From Paramecium tetraurelia (taxonomy: Eukaryota), in contig CT868330.1 of NCBI GenBank assembly GCA_000165425.1, positions 124,001 through 188,000 on the forward strand: a stretch of DNA of 64,000 nucleotides, read 5' to 3'. Position numbers and translations under genes: made by a program. Below are positions 38,833-55,013 of the stretch, in pieces. The notes under the pieces were generated by a model. That model had not been told where the DNA came from. It saw only the letters and a list, made by a program, of their open reading frames with translations, and ran no database searches. Position 1 is the first letter of the stretch, and every line of letters begins with the position of its first letter.

Positions 38833-39763
38833 ATGAAAAAGCAAACGAAAGGAGAATCTGATCTTTTGATTGAATCAATGCAGAAACTGATTGAGTAAAT
38901 GTGCTAATTTTATCAATGAGTCATATGAATGATAGTAAATAACATTAAGAGGAGATCTTTCAATCTCTTACACCAATTGATGTTTAAAAAATACTTACAA
39001 ATTTTGAGGATAAAAATTAAGTAATGAGAAAGACATCTGCAGCATTTTTATGTGAACTAGTTTTTGATAATCCAACAGTTTAGAAAGGATTTTGTGAGGT
39101 TTCAAATATTTTACCTATGGATGGCAAAGTAAGAATAGATAAATTTAGATTTGTGTAAACAAAATACCATAATCATTGTTGAGTCAGTCCAAGCATTTGG
39201 CTGAGATATTCGAGACAATTAAAAGTGCTTAGATTCCATTTGATAATGAGTTAAATTATCCTTTATGTTGGTATTTTGAGAATTAGAGAGACAAGGTGTG
39301 GAAGAAAGGTGTAAAGTTCATTAAATTTGAGAAAAGCAATAATGGTGCAAAGAGTAGAATAGAGAAGTTCATAGATCCATAATTGCATCTGTTTGGTTTT
39401 ATAATAGCAAATAAGAAAGAGGTTTAATAGCAGTAGGATGAAATAAAGAAAGCAACGATATAAACGAGACAATAGTAGAGTGTGTCCACTTATGAATAGA
39501 ATGTGAAACGAATACCTAATGTGTAGAAAGTAAGACCGAATTCAGGACAGTCTCCAATTCAATCAGTGAGTCCAATAGTAAAAAGATAAAGAATGATGAA
39601 TGCCTCTGTAGATTATGATACATGTGGAAACAAATCAACTCTTGGGAAAACAATGATAGAAACAGAACAATTACAAACAATAAGTGAGGTTGATAGACCG
39701 AAATCGAAAGCCGATACTAAGAAGAGTAATAATGTTTCAAATATCTAGAAGAGATTTAAGTGA
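38833..39763 (+). CDS. Hypothetical protein
   Basis: MKKQTKGESD... stays open under code 6 with two ~20-nt introns (AAFLCELVFDNP...LCWYF...FIDP..LFGF) to TGA at 39761-39763. Confidence 0.75.
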
Positions 39764-39800
39764 TTATATTTTAATAACTAATAATAATTATTATTATAAA

Positions 39801-40211
39801 ATGGCTGGTGTATTGAAGACTATTGGAGACTACTTTGAATTAGACAAGTATGGTTGTGAAGGGGAGTAATTTGACAGATTCAAAATGAGATAGCTCCAGT
39901 TGTAAAGGAGAACTATGATATGGTTTAGAAGATGAAAGAGAAGGAGTGTTTGAATAAGAATTTAGATAATGAGTAGAAATATGTTGAGTGTATGTAAAAG
40001 AATGTTGAACGATCATATTGAGCATTAAAAAGACTTGGTAATGAGATGATTATAATGATGAAAAGAATATGGTATTATGTATTGGAAATAAAAAACTTAT
40101 GAGTGTTTTCATAACGAAGCATACAAGGATAAGGAATTTAAGAATTTTGAAAGGTGCAAACGAATAGCTAATCGAGAATTATCAGAAATCTTTTCCAGTT
40201 TTAGGATGTGA
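39801..40211 (+). pseudogene. Probable young pseudogene of a small Cys-containing protein
   Basis: MAGVLKTIGDYFELDK; intron 39848-39877 leaves a 1-nt frame offset; in-frame TGA at 40019-40021 within an otherwise protein-like frame ending FSSFRM-TGA. Confidence 0.6.
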
Positions 40212-40252
40212 ATAATGATGTTCATTAAATATAAATTTTATTAAAAAAAGAT

Positions 40253-42265
<2,013 letters not shown>

Positions 42266-42297
42266 GTATCAATAACAATTACATAAATAATTATTAT

Positions 42298-43139
42298 ATG
42301 ATCAATTTTATTCATATTATTCTTTTTGCATTGGTTTCGGCTAAAACTAATGAGGAAGAATTGAGAGAAGCTGCTTGCGTTATATTTTCCAGATATATAC
42401 TCCAGATTCAATCACAATAAGCAAGTCCACAGATTGGAAAATTGATTAAGGAATAGAATTATAATTAGGATGATGCCATTTACGTAGTATAAGCAGCAGC
42501 ACTTGATAAATGCTTAATTAATATCAAATAAAGAGAAGTCACCAGAGTAATCATTATCTCTTATAATCTAAGATTTTGGATGGATTGTAAAATTAGTAAT
42601 TAGAATTGGAAAAATACACTCATCTCCATGATAATATTTAATATGATAGATTCATCAATAATAAGCAAGAATTAGCTAAGCTAAATTAATTGACTGAAAT
42701 AATAAAAGATGTTGAAGAATTGATTCAAACACAGTGGTAGAAGAGACCAGATGTTGAAAAGAGAAGGTAAGAATAACGAGAATCCGAAGAAATGGATCAA
42801 GAAATCTTAGATTAATTGAATGAAGTACCAATAGTAGAATAATTTGATCTCACAAAATTTTCATTGAAACATATACTTCTTAAAAACAAGGAATACTTGA
42901 TTTTTGCTATCTTTATTTTAGTGCCAATCGTTTTGATATCAAATGGTAATTCTATGAATAATTTTTAAGTTTGCTGTAAGTCTAGAGATAAAAATGATAA
43001 GAAGAGTTCAGACAAAAAATCAGTAAAGAATGAAAAAAAGGAATCAACAAAATCAAACACTGAAAATAAGGAGGTAAAGGAATCATCTCCAGCCAAAAAG
43101 TCTGGTAAAAGTGAGAAAAGTAAAAGTAAAAAAGAATGA
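42298..43139 (+). CDS. Single-pass membrane protein with signal peptide and Lys-rich tail (possible ER resident)
   Basis: Signal peptide MINFIHIILFALVSA; TM YLIFAIFILVPIVLI; ends KSKKE (KxKxx-type motif). Confidence 0.75.
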
Positions 43140-43845
43140 TTAAATTATGTAAGCTTTCATAATTTTAATTGGAATTAATTTATTTTAATTAGTTAAAGAA
43201 TTATGCATTAATTTCCAAAAAATTATTCTTTTTACAATATGCTTTAATTTACCTATAACTTTTATTCATCTAGTTCTTTGAAAATCAATTGAAAATTATT
43301 ATTTCATGCAATCATTAAATTTATTATTCATTAGCAATAATTTGAATTGCTCATACAATTAAACAAATTTATTAACCCTCATCTCTATAATTTTGTTCAT
43401 AGCCAAAATATATATTTCTTCTTTATATTAAAATCAAACTATCAATTATCAAACCACAAGATTCAATTTACATATTTTTCACCTCATCAATGGGATAGGA
43501 ATGTTAGATTCATCTTTTATAAGGATGTTGGAGAAGCTAAAGTATTAATTTAACAGATATCTTTTGCTTGAGATTTCTTTAATTCATAAAATATATATTA
43601 AAATTCAAAATTTTAATCTTTGAAGCCTCAATTTCTATTAAAAATATTTATTAAAGTTCATTTTACAAGAAATTGTTCATGCCAACATAATTTTAATAAT
43701 TCTAATTGGAATTGAAAACCCTACATTGCAGTATTATGTTCCCATCCATTAGAGACCATAATTCAGGATGGTCTGAGACTATTATCACATATGTATTGTT
43801 TTATATAATGTTAGTGTAATTATTTTTAATATAAATAATTATCGA

Positions 43846-44928
43846 ATGGAGCATCTTTAATACATTGAAAAGATAACTGAAGAGAGAAGGATTCGAGATG
43901 AATAGTAATATTTTAATTTAGGTTCCTAAGACGCAAACAAAGACTCTTAGAAGAGGAGAAAATCAAATAACAATCACTCTAGTAACTAGAGACAATTAAG
44001 TTATTATAATTAAAGGAACTTCAGGATTCTCGCAGATTGCAATCTAAATTAAATGTGTCATATATTTAATTGAAGTCGGATGAACGATCTCAAAAGGTAA
44101 AGGAATAAAATAAAAGAGTCAAATAATTATTAGAATAATTTAGAAAGGAAAGACTACAATAAGAAATACAATAAAAGTAGTTAGAACAGCAGAAAGAGGA
44201 AGTGATCAAACAAAAACTATTACAAATAAAGGAGAAATTCAAATTATTGACAACTGAAGAAATAAAGGAGCATCAATATAAATATAAGAAATATTAACAA
44301 GAACATTAATAATAATTGACAATCTTGAGAGATCAAAAAAAATTATAAGACACTTACTTCTCACAATAAGTTTAATCCAGATTGAGGAGTAGAACATATT
44401 AAGCTTAACTTGAAATTATGAAGGAAGAAGAATAAAAAAGAAAAGATAATGTAGAGAGATTAAGAAGACAAATTAAAGAAAGATTTGCGTATGATAATTT
44501 TGTCAAAGAACACTTTTTGCCTAAAATCTCTCATAGCATTGATTTAACTAGTCAAACTATCATCAATTAAAAATCAAGCAATCAAATGTCTCCAATCAAA
44601 AGTGATTCTAGGGTTCTGGGAAATTTATATTTAAGATAAATTAGAAAATTACCCAGAAGACCTAGAATTTAATCTTAGGCTGTGGCAGATCAATCATCAT
44701 CATCTACAATAAAGCGAGACTATCTATCAGAAATTCGACAGCATTCCAAGAAAAAGACTCCGTAAACTCCCCTTGACATCAGATTTTAAGCAGACAGGTA
44801 AAGATTTTATACCCTAACATAAAAGGTTGGAAAGAGAGTCTAAATAAGCATACACAAAGAGTAAGCTAAAAGGTGATAAACTATTGATGGAATCAATAAA
44901 AAAAAAAATGCTATTGTTAGAATTATGA
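43846..44928 (+). CDS. Coiled-coil hypothetical protein
   Basis: MEHLQYIE...; E/Q/K-rich; YDNFVKEHFLPKI, RDYLSEIR; ends ESIKKKMLLLEL-TGA. Confidence 0.7.
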
Positions 44929-46545
44929 ATATTAATGATACTATTTAAAGTCACTCATTTAAGATCATAATAGACAAATATTTTAGTTCCTACATATATA
45001 AATTTGATTTTTCATAATTATAACCCTTTAAATATGGAATCAAATCTTAAATATTTTCTCCTGATACTATTTTATTCAAAGTTTTCAGTATCATCTAAAA
45101 ATTAAAATGCAGTTAGCCGTTACATGGTATTAACAGTGTGGTCAATTCAAAGTTGATTTTAGAAAGATAATCCTCCAGAAAATTTTTTTGAGTATTATTA
45201 AACTCATAAAGGAGATAATTATATTGTGACTATACTTAAGTGATTAAGGAGAACGATCCGCCTTTGCTAAAGATTTAAATATATTTATCTCTTTATCGTT
45301 TACTTACTTTATTTCAGTTTTTTATTTGAAAATCTAGTCAAAATTAATCTCTAATATCTTTTCTCAAAAATACAGAGAATCAATCTTTTAATTTTTTAAT
45401 ATTAATGAAATCTATTGCATTGAATAATAAATATTATATCAGTTAAATAGTTTGTTCATATTCAGTAGTTTATACTTGAAAATGGTATTACAAATGTACA
45501 TTGTGATTTCTTTTATTATAATTGATATTCTCATAATACGATTATTGACTTTTAATATATCCCATACTCTTCTTTTTACTATTTCGCCTAATTTTTTTAT
45601 TTTATTATCATCTTTATAAGGTATTCATAATTATCCTTTTGTATAAGGTATTTTTATTATTTTTTTATTCTTAGATGAAATACATTTTAAATCTAAATAA
45701 GTATCATATCTTATGCATCTAAAATATTCAGAACGATATGAGGGTTTTCGAAAAATGATTGGATGTATTTTTTATTTAGCAAAATTGGTCCATTGATTGG
45801 ATGATAGTTAATTCAAGACTTACAGTGGTGTCAGATTAATTTCAATAAATTATTTAAAGATTTGACTTATAGAATTGAACTGATGTTATGGTAGACGAAA
45901 ACATTAAGATGCAATTTATAAATTTTGATTTGGTTGACATTTTGATAAATAAGTTAAGAGTAAATATAATTAATTATCTACTTATTTTTTATAATACTTT
46001 TAAACGATATGAAAGTTATTTTTATAATATTAGTGATGATTTGGGTTTAATAATTGTGATTTGTCTCATCAATTTTTAAACTTACTCAAAATTTTCACAA
46101 ATTATACAGAGTGCTTGAGGATTAATCACAAATTGATAAATTTAATAATTTTAATTCTAAACTCATTTGAAATATAATTTCACTAAAAGTATACTTTTTG
46201 GTTTGTATATTGATCTCCTCTGTTACAACTATGATATTATAAGCATCAAAGGATCTTTGGCTTAAATTTTTAGACTTATTAGCAATTCCCATGGAAGATA
46301 AGAATAAATTCTAAGAAATTAAACAATAAATAATTATTTAGCTGAAATTACAATCAAAAGAAAACCAATTGATGGGAGTGTTGTATATTTTTCATTTTAC
46401 TCTAAAGATTCATTTGTCTAAACTATGAGACTACTCAGAACGAACATTCTGAAGAAATAAATGTACAATGAGGAAAATTATAAAACAATATTCATAATTT
46501 ATATTAATATTTAGTTCTATAGATATCTAATAATATATTTATCTA

Positions 46546-47628
46546 ATGGCTTAGCAATAGCGAAATGAAACAATAGTGCCTATTTTGGTTACTCAGGAGG
46601 AATATAATGAAATAATGAAATAACCAGATTATATGTAGCAATAACTCTTATAGTAATTGCAACAAAAAAAGTATGAGTAACAATAATAAATATATCAACA
46701 TCCCTATTTACAATATCAGAATTATTAACAATAATAAAACAATAATAAGATTGAGACATAATCACCAATCCCTTCAAATCCTATTAATAATAACCCAAAT
46801 TAATAATAACAATAGTATTACTACACACCTTAGCAATTACTTTTATAATAATATAATCAAAATTTAAATTAAAATTAAGTATAAAAAGAAATAGTAATCT
46901 TGTAACATAAAGAAGTTGAAGTTGCTGGTGAACGCGAAGTTTAATTTTTCAATTAAAATCTAGCTAAATATTTTTCGCTAGAATTATCTATTTCTTTATT
47001 GCTTAATTGTGTTTCAGCATTGTTTCGAATGAAGATTATTAATCATTATTGGCACTGGAGCAGTGAACTATGGGTGGTTATAGGTCTATACATTTTGTTG
47101 AATTTATTTATATTGACTAATCCAAAGCTAATCTTATAAGTATTCATTTATAATAAATTCTAGAACAATCATTAAAAGTTCGTATATGTTATACATGTAA
47201 TTTTATATTCCTTGCTATTATAAGGATTGTAAATAGCAATATAAGGCTATGAGTACTTCTTTTGGAACTATTTCTTTTTCTTCTATTTTATGCTTACTGC
47301 AAGCTTAATATCAGTCTGCTATTTTATTTAATAAAAAGGAATAAATTTATCCTTGAGCACTTATTTACCAGCCATAATTGCTCCTCCAAGCATCATATTC
47401 CTGCTTTAACTGATTTGTGTCCAGAGATTTTACTTACCATTGGTATTATGGGGAATCGTCGTTGTATTTCTAGCCTTGGGAGTGATATTACTATTTAGAA
47501 GAATAAATAAATTGGGATATGTAAATTTATTTAAGTATATTTAGAACAAACATCATACTAATGATTTTTATGCCGTGGCATCTATTTTACATATGTTAAT
47601 GATCAGTCCATTTTATGATAACGAATGA
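46546..47628 (+). CDS. Divergent TMBIM/Bax-inhibitor(LFG)-like multi-pass membrane protein with Q/Y/P-rich N-terminus
   Basis: Low-complexity Q/Y/P N-terminus, about 7 hydrophobic segments, C-terminal TNDFYAVASILHM resembling the TMBIM last helix. Confidence 0.55.
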
Positions 47629-47731
47629 TTATAAATTACAAAGAAATTAAAAAATAATTAATTATAAAATTATAAGAATCATTATATCACCAAATCTATG
47701 AGATCATGAAAACATATATTTATAGCCTCAA

Positions 47732-48209
47732 TCAACATGAATCAGCCGCCTAAGAGTATACTCGTTTCCTTGTATCAAATTCAAAGTGATAATTTGAATT
47801 TCGAGACAATGAATCAGTATCTTCATTTGCTCTAATTTCTTTGTTATTTAAATTTCTCGGGAAATTTGATTTTAGGAAGTTAAATCTTAGTGGTCTTTTA
47901 TTTTTATATGTGATACTAAGACTGTCATCTAAGTCTCTTGGACTTAAATCCTAAAATAAAATGATTAAATAAAAGCATCTTACATTAATTGTTTCAAGGG
48001 TATTTTCGATGTGGGTTACACTTAATCCTCCTCTTAGTTCTTAAATTAATCTTTCAATTCGATGATTTCTACTAATCAACAGGTCTAATAATTGTTGAAT
48101 ATTATCAACCTTTTATTTCATTCTTCTACTCTATACAAATACGATTTTGCTTATATAAATTATAGGTGATGTATAGAATCTTGCCTTCAATGGTCTCAAA
48201 TTGGTCCAT
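47732..48209 (-). CDS. Small hypothetical protein (5' end unresolved)
   Basis: Open frame MKQKVDNIQQLLDLL...RKRVYSQAADSC-TGA; the upstream MDQFETIE exon is not cleanly joined. Confidence 0.45.
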
Positions 48210-48252
48210 TATTTTTTTAATAATATAATTAGTAAGTTTAGAATATAATAAT

Positions 48253-50602
48253 TCAAAGTGAATTTCGATAATGATCGATAATGCCTTATAATGCTTTTAT
48301 TTACACAGGTTTCTCTAAATAAAATTTCATTCCAATTTGTTGACATTTCGGAAATTCAATCTCTTTTTAATGTCCAGAGCAAGCAACTATTATTGGCAAT
48401 TATATGGAATTTTCTTCGCAATATGCAAATATTAATTTGGATGCATTAATTCCATTGATTCCCAACATTTCCAGATCCATGAATATCAATTTATACATTC
48501 TACTCTCACATCTGGAGCATTTTTCTTTCTATTTTATTTTTTCTATTGCCTTATATCCATTTATCGAATAATCAACTTAATGAATGCCTCTAAATAATAT
48601 TATATAAAATACATTTTTGATAACAATATTTATAAAGTATCAATATTGAATTGAGTATCGTCGACAATTAGAATTTTGGTACAACATTCAACTACTTACA
48701 CTAATGATTTTTTTGGTTGACTTAATATGATTTAAATTTCTTTTGAACTTTCTTCCACTTCATTTAAATTTTCTAAAAATTCACTGTCCTTCAAAACCTA
48801 CTATTTATTACACAATTATTTTAAAATGTCAGATTAATAGCTCTCTCTCTCTGGTAGATTAATTGTAAATGAAAAGTTAGAGCCTTTGTGATAGGTTGAT
48901 TCAAATTTCAATCCATTTCCCAATAATAAAGCAATCTTATTACTAATTAACAATCCTAATCCAACACCTTATGCATTTAGCTTTTTACTCTCCTCTGAAT
49001 TGATTTTACCAAAAGCCATCATAAGGATTTCTTTATCCTATTCTTAAATTCCAATCCCTGTGTCTTATATTGTTATCTCAATTACAGTTTCCTACAAAGC
49101 CTCAATATTTATAAGGATTTGACCTTCTTGAGTAAATTTGAAAGCATTTCCAAGCAGATTAATCACAATTTGCTTTATTCTACCTTAATCAGATTCTATA
49201 ATAATTGGACATTGAGTTGAATATTGCAAAATCAATTTGAGATTCTTTTTTTCAGCTTAAAGATTGAACATTTAAAAGCATTCCTAACATAACTTCTTTA
49301 GATTAAACTTTTCTATTTTTAATTAAAACTTGTTAGCTTTAATTTGAGCCAAATCAAGAAGATCGTTACATAAGTTTAATAAGTATTTGGAATTCTCAAT
49401 AGATGCCTAAATATATGCATTATTTAAATCTTTTGCAACGTATTCTAACATAGTTATCATACAACCTAAAGGTGCTCTAAATTCATGGGAGACAAATGAG
49501 ATCATTTTTGAATTGTAATTGCTATGACATTGAAGCTATTAAATATATTGTTTATAACTCAAGTCTCTACAAACCAAAGTCATAATCCTTCTAAATTGCG
49601 AATTAATATACACATTCACCTCAAATATTGGAGAGTATTGAGACTAAAATATATGTCTAATAGCAATACCTGTGAACTCTACTTGCATTATTGTAAGTAA
49701 AATAAATGCTTTTCTTTATTGGGATTATTCCAAGCTTTATCAAGAAGTTGAGAAAATGAGACTTCTCTTTATTGTGGCTTATAAGCACTTTGCTATCTTG
49801 AGTGTTAAGATAGAGACCCACTCAATTAATGGAATATTGAATTCTATCTGTCAACTCCAAAACTCTTGATAGACTACATTGATCTTTTGGGTTCCATTTT
49901 ATCTATTTTGACATAGTTTTAAAATATTTATTGAAGCTGTGTTTCATCTGTAAATTAAAACATTTTCTTCGCTGATTTATTTATAAATGTTGGTTATTTT
50001 TCATAACCCTATTCAAAAAGTATGACACCTTCTCTGATTTGATTAAAACACAGATGTCTAGCATAATTCTCTTAGAAATTCTCCTGACAACTTGATTCTT
50101 TCCATCGATATCTTTCCGTGTTTGAAAATATTTCTACTAACTAAGAAGCAGCCTTCTAATTGTCCTCCTTCTATAGTTGGAGGTTGAAGATTATGAAAAT
50201 TGCATACGTAGATGTATAATGTATTACCGTCCAAATTACCTATTATTCCAATTCATAGAAAAGTCTTATAATACAATAAAACGCAATAAATAACAAATTC
50301 ACACACATCAACCACAATTTTACCTTATTTCTACATATTAAATAACCGTAATAGAGTGGATGAGCAAAATCGAATTGCGGAATTTAAATCTCTATATGCA
50401 AAGCGTATGTCAATAAAATTTGTATTACAACTACCCACTTCCTTTCTTATGATTAATTGTAGTAATGCATTATTATTGTAAAGGTTACCAATCCAAGCAT
50501 TATTACACTCTTATAAGTGAACGAATTTACGATCGATTATATTAGTTAGCCCATTAGAAGTAAAGAATTAATAAATAAGGCGTGTGATATTTTAATATAC
50601 AT
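48253..50602 (-). CDS. Membrane hybrid histidine kinase
   Basis: Frame traced fully with two introns. TMs; PAS-like EGVILFE..FINKSAKKMF; H-box SFVSHEFRAPL; NLLGNAFKFT; DTGIGI; GVGLGL; receiver ILIVDD...IFMDLEM...EKP. Confidence 0.92.
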
Positions 50603-51474
50603 TATATATTAATGTTACTACTGTCATAATCTACCTCATTTTATCCATTTTTATACATCGATAAAACCATCCCATTAAATTTAATTTAATTCCTTATCAA
50701 TAAACTCCTTCCTTAACTGTTTTGATTTCTTTTCTTCCACATATACACAACCTCATTTAATCCTACTTATTTAGTTCCTCTAGTTTGTAAATTTTATTCC
50801 AGTTCATTAATAATGATTTAATAAAACACGTTGTGTATCTCAATTTAGATCTCTAAATTTCATATGCTGTTAATATCACAAAATACTTTATGTTTGTCCA
50901 AATTTAGCTTTCACTCTCATCTAACTAGTATATTTCAAATAAAATTAAAGATAATTTTTGAGACCATCAAATGATTCAATTCCTAAACTCTATTGAGATA
51001 TAATAATATCTAATAATCATTTAGAATATTAATATCTTCTTAAGAAACATATATGAAAGATTTACTTGGTATTATTTGTGAATCTATTTTTATTCTAGGT
51101 GGCAATTTCAATTAAAGGGGGATATTTGATAATAAAATATACGATTAAATTAAATAAGACATGATATTTTGTTATACAATTTTAATAATTTTAATTGGCT
51201 TTTTAAACTGAAGTTAAGGTGTATGATAATATCATTGTGTATACTTAAATTTGCAAAATATGAATATTATATATTGTACATAAATTTAGAATATAAGTAT
51301 TAAAAATGAAAATTATATTTATAAACTCTAAAGCTACAAATAATGAATTATTAAAACTATGCTCAATATGGCAATTCATAGAATTATTCAAATAATACTT
51401 AAAATTAGTATCCTTAACAATACTAAAATGGATAGTAAATTTCAAATCAGAACAACAATAACTATTAATATAAC

Positions 51475-52494
51475 ATGGTACAACCAGCTAATTACCCAGT
51501 ATTAAATTTTGAAAAAGAATCCTTTTGCCAAGATTAACCAGATCAAATTATACATAATGATTATTTATAATAACAATAATAATAGTAGTAATAATAATAA
51601 TAAGTAACTTAACAATAATAACCATATCAATAATTAGATAATAATAATCCTGCTTAAACCCAATACGTTTATGTAAATTAATAAATTGCCACTCCCTTTT
51701 TTTAACCAGAAGATTAAAATACTGATGAAATTATGAGTGAACATCTAAGAAGAAATTTAATCTATAAAATAAACTTCTTCTGGATTATCCAATAAACCAT
51801 ATAAATTATATTATGTATAATCAATATGGCAAGTTATTCATATGATAGTTTGTTTTTTGATTATTCCACTGTGTAATATAGAGCAACAATTTATGTTTTC
51901 CTATTTTTATCATTTGGATATATGATAGCTATTAGATTCGCTAAATCTTTATGGAAAGTAATTTATATTTTATAAATATTAGATGAGAGGATATTAATCA
52001 ATAATTTATCTTATTTATGCAATTGTATATTCAATTTTCATAAGTGGGATTGTTTCATCTAGTCACTTAAGTTATTATTAGTAGAAAACCTACTTTTTAA
52101 TTGGATTTCTTTACTTTATTGGAACTATAGGAATTTTAATAATGCTTATTTAGTTTTAATTTCAAATTAAAAATTTTAAAGAAGAGGAGATGCGAATAAA
52201 AGGTATTTTTATATCTCAAAATTAAGAATTCATAAAGAGTATTATAATTGGCCCAATTGGAATCCTATTTCTGATAACAGCCTTATTTGGTATTGATGCG
52301 GCCTCAATGCTACTATTTTATGAGCTTATTTGGTCCTATATCTTCACATTATTTTATATAAATAGTTTGTTATAAGTCTACAGAGGAAAGGTATGATAAC
52401 ATTACTATTCAAATAGTTCAAGTTGAAAAGAGACTAGCATTTTATTGGGGTTATTCTAGTATACATAAATATGATTATCCCTTGTATCCCATGA
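51475..52494 (+). CDS. Second divergent TMBIM/LFG-like membrane protein with poly-Q N-terminus
   Basis: MVQPANYP...QQQQ; EHLRRNLIYKINFFWIIQ (compare LFG RxxFIxKVY); multiple TMs; FKLKRDQHFIGVILVYINMI. Confidence 0.6.
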
Positions 52495-53148
52495 TTTATA
52501 GTTATAATTATGATATTTATAAAATATAATATCTAAAGTGGTTAGATTTTTTTATTAATTTAACATTGTTTAAAAAATAAAAATTAGATGTTTTATTTAT
52601 TGTTAAACCAAGCAGAAAAAGAGGAGCAATTTTGATAAGCATTTATATGTAAATTAAATATGATTTTTAATAATATATCTTATATATAAATAAGAACTAT
52701 AAACAATATAAAACAAGATTACAACAATATAATGAAAAAACTAACATAGTTATTAAGTAAAGCAATTCTCAATCATTTCATTTTGATGATTATGCATTAT
52801 CTCATTCAGAATCAATTCTTTGTATTTTATTAAAGAAATTTATTTCATTTTATTTCAATTATTATTAGAAAAGTTATATTTACTCTCTTTAAATTCAAAT
52901 TGTGTATATTTTTTATATAGATATCTCAAGATTATTATTTGTTAATATGGGTTTCTTAAAGGAATGTTCACAGCAAATTTTAACCATAATATATTAGCAT
53001 CTGTTAAGCAAGTTTTAAGTCTACTAAGTATCTAAAAGTTCATAAATAATAATATAAATTTCACTTTATGGTTCTATTTAATAGTATGAATAATTTAGTT
53101 ACTTAAACACTTATTGAATTATATAATTATAATAAACTGTAATACTAA

Positions 53149-53640
53149 ATGAATTTTAATACATATCTGCTTTAATTACCTAAATTAACACCAATAACGA
53201 TGGATGACAGTTATAGATAACTTGGAATTATAAAAAATAAAAGCCCATTTAGAATAGAAAACAGAGATATATTTTACTTAATGAACAAAAGCTAATTTGA
53301 AAGTTTATATTCGAATCCAAAAAAATTAAAAACTGAAAAATAATAGTCTCTTCGGAATCATTCTTTTAGAATGCACTCGTGTGTAAATGAAAAGGGTAAA
53401 GAAGCTCATCATCACTCCTTTGTTGAAAATAATTAATAGCACTAAAAATAATGGGAGAAAAAAAAAAACACTATGGTAGCAAGAAGCCTCTAAAGACCTG
53501 AATTTAGGAACAAATCAGAAACCTTATGTTTAGATTAAAAAAACTAACCTGAATCAATTCAAAAATTGTAAAACAGGAAATTATTAAGAAATCCAAAAAT
53601 TATGTTAAAAGAATTATGGGATGAAAATTATGGATAATGA
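53149..53640 (+). CDS. Hypothetical protein, 163 aa, intronless
   Basis: Continuous code-6 ORF from MNFNTYLLQLPKLTP to ELWDENYGQ-TGA. Confidence 0.6.
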
Positions 53641-55013
53641 CACTCTTAATCAATTGATGTATTTAGTTTTAACAATCAAACATTTAAATATATCGTTTTA
53701 GAATTAAAATATCATAATAAATTATTATTCTGAAGATTATCTGTTAAGTGAAATTAATATGCAGGATAAAATTTTTGTAATTCTACTACTCTAACATAGT
53801 GCTTGATTATATTTTTATTAATAATATATTCATTTTAAATTGATAATATTTCAGTTTTAGTGCAATTTTCTAATTTCAAAGAATTTTGATAAAAAAATTA
53901 TAATTATAATTATTAATGATTTGCGTTCTAGCCTGACCAGTAAGCTGATGTTTAGAAGATAAATTATTAATTAGATATTTTTATTTCTTGCAAAAATCCA
54001 TAAAAAGATGATTATGAATTTTCTATATTATAAATTTAATTATAGTACTTTATTTAAGTACCAATTTATTTATTAATTATATTAAAGCTAATAACTAGTC
54101 GTAGGTAGTTCTGTAGAAAACGAATAAGATGCTTTGAGTACGTCTTATGTAATTTTATCGAAATTCCATAATTGTATATAACCTTATAAAAGATTAACTA
54201 AATGCTCAATTATAACTTTTAAGTATTCTGAAAAATGGGCTTTTGATATTAGACTTATTAAAATTTTGTTACTTTAGAGTGTTTCTATTTTTTATCTATT
54301 TTTAAAGAAAGTAGAAATAAAGAAAATCTTTAAGAATAAAAAAAAGTTCAAATTAAATAATTTTAAGAAATAGATTATTAAATTCATTTGAAAGAAGTTA
54401 TGCTTTTTGATGATAATACTTTTGAAATTGATAGAAATTATTCGTTTTGACTATCGTTAGGAAATTTCATTAAATTATTAAATTAATGTAGATATATAAC
54501 AAGTAGTAGAAATTCATCTTTTAATGGTATGAAAGTTTGCATCATAAGCTAAATCAAATATAAAAACTTAATTAACTTTCTTTAGACCATTAATAATTAT
54601 AAAAACAAATTTAATCTATTAAAATAGGCATGAGATGGAAATTAAAGATATCAGAGATTGTATAAAAAGAGTTGATTTGATAGTTTAAATGATAGATGTT
54701 GTTAAATAAAATAAATATTTTAAGAAATATAATTAGTCAATTTGTTTTATTAATGTTGGGGAACGAGAAGAAAACAAGGGTGATTAAGTTGTTGGTTAAT
54801 AGAGTTTATATATGGAGTTTTCATATTATAAATATATGATTCAAGTTTTTAAGTAGTAGTTTTCTATAACTAGTATTTTTGGTTGCTAGGTTCTTAATTG
54901 GAATGGTTTCTTTGCTGATTATCTTAATAACGCAGGATCAAAAGGCTTTTTGGGTGTGGATGGTCTGATTAGTCTAGAATCCATAAATCGTTAAATAAAT
55001 ATTTAAAATAAAA

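Noticed and set aside
43752..43774. 7-bp hairpin AGACCAT...ATGGTCT in a spacer
   Set aside because: Too short to support an ncRNA call.
48253..50602. Suspicion that the third histidine kinase is a pseudogene (apparent TGA near 49740)
   Set aside because: A 26-nt GT-AG intron near 49644-49669 restores a continuous frame.
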